From the NCBI RefSeq assembly GCF_009914755.1, contig NC_060926.1: 64,000 nt of DNA; one strand, given 5' to 3'. The first letter of the stretch is position 1. Every line of letters starts with the position of its first letter. This document shows positions 25,072-41,606 of the stretch, one piece after another. The DNA is from the human T2T-CHM13v2.0 reference genome, Homo sapiens. Position numbers and translations under genes: made by a program. The notes beneath the pieces were generated by a model that had not been told where the DNA came from, made no database searches, and was given only the letters and a program-made list of their open reading frames with translations.

Positions 25072-26219
25072 GGTCTTTCCACTTTATTGAAGATAAAAAC
25101 TGAATGAAAACAACATGACATTGGGCTCTTCAGAGATTTTATTATCTCCATTAATGAATGTGGAAATGGAGGCAAGAAAGGATACATGCTCATCTAAGCG
25201 CTGGCATCTAGGCGGCTGCAGAGCCGGCACCCAGCTCCTGGAGGTCCGTAGACACAACTGGTAACTCCTCTCACACCCCACAGTCTTCATGAAAATTGTC
25301 CCCTCATACTTCCTAATGTGATCACTTGGATCAGTCCTCTTGGAAAACATTAAAGTAAAGGCATAAGACAACCTGGCTCACAAACTAGAATGGCTGATCT
25401 AAAGAGATCACTCTAAGGACAAAATGGGTTTGGCATTGACTAAGTGCTGCACAAGTGACTGCCTTAGGCAGGGAGCTATGGCAGCAGGAGCTGACAAAGT
25501 GGACTGCATACACAGGCCAACTCCTACCTCCTGAGGGTTTCAAACTGCTGAAAAGCCAAGTAATTATTTCAGGTGAACTACAGATATAATTAGGGAGCAA
25601 AAAGTGCAGGCATAAAGAAGATTTATATCATCCTAGAAAGAAATACATTCATTTGAAGAAGCATCTTGACAAAGATCTCAGATATACAAAAGAAAAAGCT
25701 TATTCATGGAGTTACTTTAAGTGAAATTGCACAAAGAATAAGACTTGTGACATCAGAAAGATGGAACTCTTTCAGTTAGAAACCATGAAAAGTAAGTGGC
25801 CTGAAGACTTTGTGGATAAGAATATGCATTCAATAATGGAGTCATATCAAAAAAAAAAGATAAAATAACTGCCCAGACCAATATCATAGAGATTTTTTCC
25901 TATATTTTGTTCTAGAAGTTTCATAAAATTTGGTCTTATATTTAAATTTTTAATCCATTTTTAGTTAAGGTGTGAGATAGGGGTTAATTTCATTCTTTTG
26001 TATGTGTATATCCAGTTTTACTAACATAATTTATTAAATAGAATATCTTTTTCTAAAATAGAATATCTTTTTCTAATAGTGTGTTCTTGGTTCTTTTGTT
26101 GAAAATCAATTGGCTGCCAATTTGTGGATTTATTTCTGAACTCTCTATCCTGTTCCATTAGTTTATGTGTCTGTTTTAATGCCATTACCATGTTGTTTTG
26201 CTTCGGTTACTATAGTTTT

Positions 26220-27367
<1,148 letters not shown>

Positions 27368-27471
27368 TTATGTTCAAGATTGCTTTGGCTAATTGGTATA
27401 ATTTTGTGATTCCAAATGAACTTTAGAATTGTTTATTCTTTCTATTAAAAATGCTATCTAAATTTTGATAG

Positions 27472-27922
<451 letters not shown>

Positions 27923-28519
27923 CATCTTCCTCAATTTATTTCATTGATGTTTTATAGTTTTCAGTATACAGTGTTTCATTTCATGGTTGAATTTATTTTA
28001 AAGCATTTTTCATAGCTATTTTAAATGAAATAATTTTCTTTGTTTTTCAGATCGTTTGCTGTTAACACATAGAAATGCTGCTGACTTTTGTATCTTGAAT
28101 TTGTATCCTATAACTTGACTGTATTCGTGTATTGCTTTGTATAGTTTTTTGGTGGAGTGGACTGTCTATATTTAAGATAATGTGGTCTTCAGACAGTTAA
28201 ATTCAACTTTTTCCTTTCCAATTTGGATGCCTTTTATTTTCCTCTTGCCTAATTGCTCTAAGACTTCCAGAATGTGTTTAACAGAAATAGCAAGAGGAGA
28301 CTTCCTTGTCTTGTTCCAGATCTTAGAAGGACAGCTTTCAACTTTTCCTTGGTGCATATTAGGTTAGTCATCAGTTTATGATATATAACCTACATTAAAA
28401 TTTTTCCAAACTGACCTACCTGCTTCCAGTATTATCACTTCCTAGGTATTCTGCAAAGTGGTACCACATTTGTCTTTCTTATAAAAAGTTTGATTTTGCA
28501 CTCACTTCTGCAAATTAAA

Positions 28520-28629
28520 TATATGCACACATATGTATACACACGCACATATATACACACACACAGACACACAAACACACACATACATACCACACAAACA
28601 CACACACACACACACATACACACACACAC
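28520..28629. repeat. Imperfect (CA)n/(TA)n microsatellite
   Basis: Direct read. Confidence 0.9.
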
Positions 28630-28639
28630 TCTTTATCTT

Positions 28640-29070
28640 GTCTTAGGTGGCTTTTCATGATCTGATACCTACTTTTCTCTTCAACTTCCCTTCTTGACTT
28701 TTTTCTCCTTGCACTAATTCAATACCACTCTTTGAAGAGTATTTGCCTCAGATGTATTTCCTTGTCCATCATCTCTCTACACCCAATCAAATAAACTCAT
28801 TTTTCAAGGGTCTTAAGATAGGTGACCTCTTTAAACTCTTCCTTTACTCCAGATTTTGCATCCTCATGTTAGCTCTTTAAACACATTCCGTGAATAATTT
28901 TGTTACTGTATTTGCTAAATTATACTGAGTTGTATCTGCTTAGGTTTCTGTTTCTTTCAATAATATCTGAGTGCTAAAAAGGCTAAGATTACTTTATTCG
29001 TTTGTTTCTCAGATTAGCAAGGGATCTGACACACAGTAAACATTCAATACTTGCTAACTGAACAAATGGA
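28640..29070 (+). mobile_element. L2 3' fragment
   Basis: catgatctgatacctact...acacacagtaaacattcaatacttgctaactgaa. Confidence 0.55.
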
Positions 29071-29963
29071 TACATGACAAAAATACATAATAGCTGAAAA
29101 CCACAACAATCCATTGAATGCTTACTCAGTGTGAATGGATGAGCCAGTCACTGCAGGTATAAATACCAATGGGGAAGGTAATTGAAGCATTTATGTAAAG
29201 GTTTAAATGCTTCAATAAATTTTTTTTATTTATTTAAAATATGTTCCCAACTGAATGTGAACTTTGGTTAATTTGTACTCTATTATTAACTATGCTTTTT
29301 TCTTAGAATTGTCATCTAGGGTTTTCTAGATGTCATTGTATAAAAATCACAGAGACGAAAACAATTTTATTATGCGAGAAAATCCCTGCAAGCATCAAGT
29401 CTCAAGCTCATTATTTATTTACTTGTGGAGGATGTAATATTTTCTCTAAAGAACTGCCAACTCATTTAAGGACCTTAAATCCATTGCTTAAAATTAGCCT
29501 ACAAACCAGGGATTGGGACCTGCAGGAATCAAATTTGGCTTAAGACAAACCTGGGTCTAGTCGCATTAAAACAACAAAGGAACAGGAAGAAACAGACACA
29601 CTGATCTTCCCATTCCAGGCAAGTGATCCTGACCACCCTTAAGCATTGTTGCTAGACAGTTGTCTTAGTGACAGCTATGTATAATTGTAAGACCACTGTG
29701 GTTTGTAACAGAAATGGCATGTTTGTGAAAGATGAAATATTTTGGTACTTGAGATTTCCAAGAATTAAAAAGTTTTCTGAAATATATTGCAAAGTTGTTG
29801 ATGTAGCGTGGACAGAATCATCATTGTATTGAGAGTCATTGGCTTTAGAAACTGATGGTGTGATCTTGAGCAGTTATTTAAGCTTTCTGAGCTTTAAATC
29901 ATAATCTGGAAGATCACCTCCTTCTCTTAAAGACTATAATTGAAATGATATTACTCTTGTATT

Positions 29964-29966
<3 letters not shown>

Positions 29967-30009
<43 letters not shown>
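29967..30009. repeat. (CA)~21 microsatellite following a MIR fragment
   Basis: Direct read; gtgtgatcttgagcagttatttaagctttctgagc upstream is MIR-like. Confidence 0.9.
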
Positions 30010-30010
<1 letters not shown>

Positions 30011-30022
30011 AAAAAACGAACT

Positions 30023-30330
30023 AGCCGGGCATGGTCACTTATGCCTGTAATCCCAGCACTTTGGGAGACCAAGGAGGGTGGATCGCTTGAGCCCAGGAGT
30101 TGAAGACCCACCAGGGCAACATGGTGAAACCCTGGCTCTACAAAAAATAAAAACATTATCTGGGCATGATGGTATGCACCTGTCCCAGCTACTCAGGTAG
30201 CTGAGTTCGGGGAATTGCTTAAGCCCCGGAGGTCAAGGCTGCAGTAAGCCACGATGGCACCACTGTACTCTAGCCCAGATGACAGAGCATGACCCTGTCT
30301 CAAAACATAAAAATCAAGAGAAAAGAAAAG
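30023..30330 (+). mobile_element. AluJ
   Basis: ggatcgcttgagcccaggag, ggtcaaggctgcagtaagc, gaccctgtctca. Confidence 0.92.
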
Positions 30331-31217
30331 CTTGAAGATAATAAGTATTTGGAAGTTAGAAATCGAGATGATAAAATGTTCCTTCGAATATTAAAGCTGT
30401 GTGTGTTCTTACTGTTATCATTACAAATTAATTCTTAAACTCATCCACTCCTTTCCTATACCCAAAATAAGATGTGATTAAATACCCTTCCCCAAAACAA
30501 AGCAATGAATATTTTTGTATCTTTTGAGAACAGCTAAATCATTTATAATGCAATATGGATTATAAAGAAACATGATGTCTAGTTTGTGTCAAAAAGGAAA
30601 TATGTACCTCTAAAAATATAAAGTGACATGTGAAGAGAAAATTCCTCCTGAATATTGTGAGTTTCTTCTCCCTGCTAATTTTGGAGGTGTTACCACACTT
30701 AAAACCTGCCTTCATTCAAGACGCACTGATTGCCAGTGTTGGAATCAGATGGCGCAGATAGAAGTGTGATGAGTGTGTACCAATAACATATTCTAAAATG
30801 ATTTTTACTAAAAATACCCTTTGTAAGACTGAATTAACAACCACAGTTCCCAGTTTATAGATGAGATATAAACAGAGAATATATTTTGAAATTTTTATTG
30901 CAAATTTGTATGGAAATTGGATGTTCTAATGAAGATGGTTGTACAAGGCAATATTCTAGTTGGACAGCTTGGCTGCAAGGGAAGTAAACCAGGAGAGGAG
31001 TGGGTGGCAAATATGATCCTTTATCACCTGTGACTTTGTGCAAAACACTTAACAACTCTATCAGTAAGTAGGCCAAGTCACCCTAGATTCAACATTCGCT
31101 CTGTCTTACATGGTTGGCTCTGAGAATGCGCTGTAATCAGTACTGTAACTAGGTTGTTATACCTGGGCATTTGCAACCTAGGAACAATAGGTAGGAAGAC
31201 AGCATTCAGCGAATTCT

Positions 31218-32725
<1,508 letters not shown>

Positions 32726-33953
32726 TAGCTTTTATAACTCTGTAGTAAACCCATGTTAGTTTCATGTCATTCCCCAACAGCAGGGCTCTCTGCTCTGCCT
32801 GTTATCCCATTCTCAAGATGCCAAGCAGATTAAGAGCCACAGAATCACAAACACCTGCTTGGTAGTGGGAAATGCCCCTGCAGACCAAGAAAATATTCTT
32901 GTTCTCATGGAGAAAGCATGTTTGAGGTCTTTCAAATCCTCCCTTCGGAAAAGTAAATTCTCCCTCAGTTACCCTACTGAAGTACTTATATATGTTCAAC
33001 TGGCTTTATTTTCTAGTACACATTCTGTGGTCTTCTCAATGGTAGGAACCACTTAACTTCAGGCCTGGCATAAAATAGTGCACAATGAATAGAGAAAAAG
33101 GAGAGTGAGAAGAAGAAAAGAAAGTAAGAGAAAAATGCAAAAATGAGAATATGGAGAGAGGAAAGAAGAAATTTAAGAAGAAAATACTTTAGTTTTGATG
33201 CCCAAATTGCCATTTGTTTTCCCCAAATTTCTCTTTCCTTTCTGCTTGTAATATCAGAAATATCCCAAAATAACATCTGTGTAAAAAGATCTTTTAAAAA
33301 CCCTTTGTATGTCAATTACCAGATTTAATTTTAAGCAATATAGCAACACTATGCTGTATGCTATGCTATAGGTATTGTAGGGAAGGTAAGTATTATCTTC
33401 TTTATAAATAAAGAGACAAAAGCTCATGGAGTGTAACATTGGGTTACATATGCTGTGCTACTTGTGTCTATTTAGCCTTCAAGGTTCTTTTTCATCTCAT
33501 CTCCATCAGGATGTTCAAACCAAAGTCCCAGATCACAATACTTCATTGAATATCTGAACAAACAATTTTAAAAAGAAAATTTAGTTCTGTTCCAAATATT
33601 GTTTCTTAGCTTTAATTATGTTTTGTATATATATCTTTTCTCCATCTAGATAACAAATCCCTAGGTTATGCCATATTTCCAAACAGCTAACAAAATCTGA
33701 TAAGAAAAAGGTACTGAATAAATAGTCATTCTTTGATTGTTAAAACAGAGAGCAAAACGTGATAGAGAACTATGAGGGAAAGGTATACAATTTAAATCTA
33801 TTCTGATTCAAATGCTTAACAGGGGCGTGGACACCAGCATGTTTTAAAGTTCAGTGAGGGTTTGCTCCCTTACTTATCTCTACTTTGGGCATATATCAAT
33901 ATCCATATACATATGCAAAGATTTAAAGTATGTTTAATCTCTGCCTTATGCTA

Positions 33954-34314
33954 TAGGTTGAGTGTCTAATCCACAAATCTGAAATCCAAAATGCTCCACA
34001 ATCCGAAAATTTTTGAGTGCTGACATGGCAACACAAGTGGAAAATTCCACATCTGACCTCATGTGACAGGTCTTAGTCAAAATGCAGCCAAATCTTTGTT
34101 TCATGAACAAAATTATTAAACATATTATTTAGAATTACCTTCAAGCTACGTGTATAAGGTGTATCTGAAACATAAATAAGTTTTGTATTTAAACTTGGGT
34201 CCCACCCCCAAGATATTTCATTACATATATCCAAACATTCCAAACATTCAAAGAAATATAAAATCCAAAACAGTTCTGTTCCTAAGCTTTTTCAGATAAG
34301 AGATACTCAACCTG
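33954..34314. mobile_element. Tigger4b-like (Zombi/MER46) non-autonomous DNA transposon
   Basis: Terminal inverted repeats taggttgagt...atactcaacctg; TA on both sides; 361 bp; internal aatctgaaatccaaaatgctcca. Confidence 0.85.
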
Positions 34315-35081
34315 TATTATAGTTGTGTCCCATGATTCTCTCTTTAACTGTGTCTTCTATTTGGCTATCAGCATGTTCTTTCTATAATTATTTCTGCAAT
34401 TCTCTCTTGCTTCAATATTCTCAATGTTACCGAGTGGGTAAAGGATATTTTAAATCCTTTGTTTATCATCCATAGAACTTGCCATTCTCAAAATATTTAA
34501 CCTATTTCTACGCTTCTCTGCCTTCTTCCTGTGCCCAAGATATTTTTCATTATTTGGGAAACTTTTTCTATTCTTAAAGGTCAAACTTAAGTGTCCCTTT
34601 TTTTCCTAAAGATTTCTCTGGGCAAATTTTATCATTTTTCTCCTGTAATATAGAACTTGGTATAGGCCTTTATCATTCATCTTTTTTCTCTGGACAGATT
34701 AATACTGTGCTTGAAATATCATCCATCCTCAGTAGCTATACGTAAGTATATAAAAAGTGAACAAATTAACTAATTAATTAAGCAGTTTTCCCTTATTCGT
34801 GTCTCATTTTTATATGCCATGGAATGATAATTTCTTTAGAAAATACTGAGTCCCTTTTAAGTGATAACATTCTAAGTAACTACATTACTAGGATGATAAA
34901 AAGGTTAGTGTAGTATAGTGAATTGTTTCTTACCCATCCTGCAAAGAATTGGGTTTAGCAAAATCAAGTAATGTTGAAGAAGATTACACACTGTATGTCC
35001 TATGTCTCTTCAGATGTGTCCATTAGTACATAAAAGGCTAGATAAGGCTTACAGTAGTGAACATGTTTAATTTCCTTACAC

Positions 35082-35376
35082 TTTTTTTTTTTTGATACAG
35101 GGTCTCCCTCTTTCACCTAGGATGGAGTACAGTGATGCAATTACAGCTCACTGTAGATTCAACTTCCTGATCTCAAGCAATCCTCCCACCTTGGCCTAGC
35201 TAGTAGCTGAGACTACAAGCACACACCACAATGCCCAGCTAATTTTATGATTATTTTGTAGATATAGGGTCTTGCTATATTGCCCAGGCTGGTCTCAAAC
35301 TCCTGGACTTAAGCAACCCTCCCACCTCTGCTTTCTAAAGTACTGGGATTACAGGCATGCACCACTGTGCCTGTCC
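35082..35376 (-). mobile_element. AluJ
   Basis: cagggtctc, ctcaagcaatcctcccacc, ctatattgcccaggctgg. Confidence 0.92.
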
Positions 35377-36779
35377 TCATTAATTTCTACATCTGTTTAA
35401 GTATGTTATAATTGTTTCATATTACCCACATTAATGTGTAAAAGTCACACCAAAAATTTTTCTTTATTAATGTAAAGAAAAGACCAATTAAGTTGCCTTT
35501 AAGTTTTTAGTTAAGAAAGAAAATTAGACTGATAGATTCTAAGCTCTTATGTGAGCCAACGTTGGCTTAGGTACAGCTCATCTCATAAGGTAATTAACAA
35601 CTCTATGAGGGACTCAAGACTGACCACTATAAAGAACAGGTGACCTAAAGAGAGGCAGAGAAACTCAGGAATTACTCAAAGTCACCAACTTTTAATTGGG
35701 GAGACTGGAATTGGTTGCTATTGTTTTAGATCCTGTTCCATTTGATATAGAGGTTGTTTTTGTTTATTTTCATGTTGCATCTCATATTTTAACAGTTTCC
35801 AGTGTGTCTTTGCATTTTAAAGTAATTTATTTGCATTTGCTATGTTTTTTCTTTTTTTTTTCAGAAACAATCCAAATTAAGAGCCATTCTGGCTTTTTTT
35901 ATTTTCCAGAAGGGCAAAACTACATTAGGCACAAAAACATTTTTTTTTTAAAAACTGTGGAATTATTGCTTACAGAAGAAAAAGTGAAAACCAAGCATTT
36001 TATAAAGCTTCAGAATAATATGCTTAAGATATTAAAAACAATGGGAACCGCATTTCAAACTTTGATGAGATTAAAACAAATTATAAATTCAGCATCTAAA
36101 CAACATGCCTGTTGGGGATTACCTAGAGTGGAAATAATTTTTCTGTATAATAATAATTTTAATAAAACATACTGGGGAAGGCAAAGTTTTCAAGCTTAAA
36201 CATTAATGGTGGAGATAATATGAAAGCTTTGATTATATTTGCATTTTTCTTTGAAAGTCTCTGCACTAAAATCACATTTGAAAGTAATATGTAAAAAGAA
36301 ATAATACGTTTAAAATAATACAAAATAATATGTAACAAGAATAAAATTCCAGTTAAAAGCCTTACTGGGTTTACTTTATTTTTGGAAAAATAAATTTTTT
36401 CTTAGTCTTCTTGTGGCCATATATTCTCTGGCTGTGTCAGTCAAAGCCCAGCCTTCACCTGCGAACCTGCTGGACCATGCTGTACACACAGGTGAGATGC
36501 AGCAACTCTAGAGAAGCCACTTGAAAGAAAGAAAGCACGCCAGGGGGTGGTGAAGGTCTTCATTCCTATTGATCTCTAGTCCCATACCAGTGCAGCTGGC
36601 AAATAAATTTGGAAAAAAATAAGTTTTAGGGGTCAGCAGTCCCCTGAAGAGCAGAATGGAGCGGAATGGAGAAAGGAAAGGCAAAAAATAGATCTGTGAG
36701 CAAACTCGTAAATGAGCAGCATACTTCCCTATCATTATAAAATTACTGTTCTGATCAATACGTGCTCATGATAGTAATA

Positions 36780-36945
36780 ATCTGCATGTACCTAGAACTT
36801 TACAAAGCATAATTACATTTTCATTAATTTGTCCTGATAAATATGTGAGGTCATTGTCATTAACAAGCAAACATGCTCGGAGAGGGGATTTGATTTATAT
36901 AAGATCACGCAGAGGTAGAGAGTGTAGGATCTTAATCCAGACCAA
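36780..36945 (-). mobile_element. MIR fragment
   Basis: actttacaaagcat...gtcctgataaatatgtgagg...gctcggagagggg...aagatcacgcagaggtag. Confidence 0.5.
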
Positions 36946-37114
36946 TCTCTCCTCTCTCTGCCTGTGCTTCTCTCACACACACACATCTCTATCTATTAGA
37001 GATCAATATCTCTATTCTCTCTCTCTCTCTCTGTCCCCCCCACCCACACATCTTTATCTCCATCTTTATCTGTATCATCTCTCTTTCTAAGAGTAATATT
37101 TTATGCTATCTCGT

Positions 37115-38225
37115 TTACTAATGGCCAAGAAGCATATGAAAAAATACTTAACATCAGTAATCATAAGAAAAAATGCAAATTAAAACCACAATGAGATATC
37201 ATCTTATAGCAGTCAGACTGGCCATTTTTCAAAGGTCAAAAAGTAATACGTGTTGGTGAGGGTGCAGAGAAAAGAGAATGTTTATACATCGTAAACATTG
37301 GGAATGTAAAATAGTACAACCTCTGTGGAAAACAGTGTGAATATTTCTCAAAGAACTAAAAATTGAACCACCATTTGATTCAGCAATCCCATCACTGGGT
37401 ATCTATCCAAAGGAAAAGAAATCATTATATCAAGAAGATAACTGTGGCCGGGCGCGGAGGCTTATGCCCGTAATCCCAGCACTTTGGGAGGCTGAAGCAG
37501 GTGGATCACGAGGTCAGGAGTATGAGACCAGCCTGACCAACATGGTGAAACCAAGTCTCTACTAAAAATAAAAAGATTAGCCGGGCGTGGTGGGGCGCGC
37601 CAATAATCCCGGCTACTCAGAAGGCTGAGGTAGGAGAATCGCTTGAACCCGGGAGGCGGAGGTTGCAGTGAGCCAAGGTGGCATCACTGCACTCCAGCCT
37701 GGGTGACAGAGTGAGACTCCGTCTGAAGAAAAAATAAAAATAAAAATAACTGCACTTGCATGTTTATCACAGCATAATCCACAATAACAAGATGGGGAAT
37801 CAATCTAAATGTCCATCAATGTATGACTGTATAAAGAAAATGATATACATGTATATATGTGTACAATGGAATACTATTCAGCCATAAAAAAGAATAAAAA
37901 CATATATTTTGCTGCAATATGGATGGAAATGGAGGCCATTATCTTAAGTGTAACAACTCAAAAACAGAACGTCAAATAAGATGTTTTCTCACACTTGTAA
38001 GTAGGAGATAAATAATGTGTACACATGGACACAGAGAGTGGAATAATAGACACTGGAGACTCAGAAGGGTGGAAGAGTGGGAGGGGATGGAAAATTATTT
38101 AATGGGTACAGTGTACTTTATTCAAATAACATTAGGCTAAAGCCTGGACTTCACCACTATGCACTATATCCATGTAAGAAAATTGCCCTTGGCCCCTTTA
38201 ATTTCAACAAATACAAAATTAAATA
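37115..38225 (+). mobile_element. L1PB/L1MA ORF2 end and 3' UTR, interrupted by an Alu
   Basis: atgcaaattaaaaccacaatgagatatc...ggacttcaccactatgcactatatccatgtaa. Confidence 0.88.
37446..37745 (+). mobile_element. AluSg-like
   Basis: Full dimer; TSD core ATAACTG on both sides. Confidence 0.93.
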
Positions 38226-38226
38226 G

Positions 38227-39790
<1,564 letters not shown>

Positions 39791-39900
39791 CATAGGTAGG
39801 AATGTTTTAACTGCTGGGACTTAAGTTTATAAAATGGAGAAAACAACATATGTATCATAGAGTTGTGGGAGAATAAAAAGAAAATATGTCAAATCTTTAG

Positions 39901-40145
<245 letters not shown>

Positions 40146-41606
40146 TAAAATTATAGACACAATGCCTAAAATAAAATGCTCATCATTTTAGTTTCTAAAC
40201 TATTATTAAGACTATCACAAAATTTTCTTTGACTACTTTTTCTCAGTTTTGAGCTCCTAGCATTTTTAATTTTATGATTTATATGAAATATAGTATAAAT
40301 GCCTTGACATATTTTGTATGATTGTCTAATATTATTTTATTTAATGTGTATATATCTTGTCTCTGTATCTAGTTATTGAGTTCAAATACAAATTGATTGT
40401 AATCTTACTTTGCATAGCTATAATCCTCTGAATGATATCTAATAACGTATTTCTCAAAGTGTTTTTCTGGAAACACCAGTCCCTGGTGAGGCTTTCTCTG
40501 AAAGAGATTCTGTAGTCAAATCTAAGTTTAGCAAGTTTTATGTGCTGTGAGTTTTATAGGTTCATAACATTTGTTAACTGATTAAAACTTTTGGCATACA
40601 GCTGTCCTTATAAGTAATGGAATCTCATGATTTATGGGCTTTTTAAATTGTTTCATTGTTTTCATAATTTATACATTTTATTAAGTTAATAAAACTAATT
40701 TTATAAGTAATATAACAAACTATTTTATTTTGCCTCTCCAAATGTACCAAAAAATTGTATTTTGATTCAAAGATCTTACTTGACATTAAGCTAAAAACCA
40801 TATATCCTTTGATAATAAACTTACCTTCTAGTTTACCACTTTACTTAACATTAGGAGAGGCAAAGAAGGAGAAGGTAAAGCAGGATAAGAGCAATTTCCT
40901 CTTTATGGGAGACTCTGTGTTATATGTAAAATTAGTGTTTATTGGATTGAATGTAAATATTTACTGTATGCAATCTATCACATTATAAAGCAACACATAG
41001 AAAATGTGTTTTTCTAAGGGTTTCATTTTGCTACTGTTATGTAATTAGCAATGTCCTCAACAGTGTCACTGCAGTATCGTTACAATCAGCAACATTAATG
41101 ATGACTCTATGTATAAACTGAAAACACTACACCAGTGCACAGTTCACTTAAAGCAAAGAGACTAGCTTTTATGGTATTACTTTCTATACGTATAGTTGAT
41201 TCATAATTTTATGTGATATAATAAAAATATACTATATTGGACAAAGAAAAGCTTGATTTGCCATTTTTCAGTTATGTGACCTTGACTAGTTTACTTAACT
41301 CTACTCATAGGTTTCAATTTCCACATCTACTAAGTCATGGAGTTGGATTTCACCTGTAATTCTTCATTAAAGCCAAATACCAAGAAACTGGCCATAGTGA
41401 AAATGAATAGTTATGCCAAAATAGGGTCTAATCTAAACCATCATTGGCAAAGGTAGCTTTTTGTTGGTAGTATTACTTGATTGAGGTAATTAGTCATAAG
41501 AAGTAAATATGAAAGGTACTTAAATTTAAATAACTTGAAATTTTGGGTATTATATGTCTTCAGTATGTGACATGGATACATATGCTGGCAACTTAAAATT
41601 TTACCT

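Noticed and set aside
35696-36199. 167-aa ORF, the longest outside repeats
   Set aside because: Non-ATG start, composition driven by T/A runs, no recognisable domain
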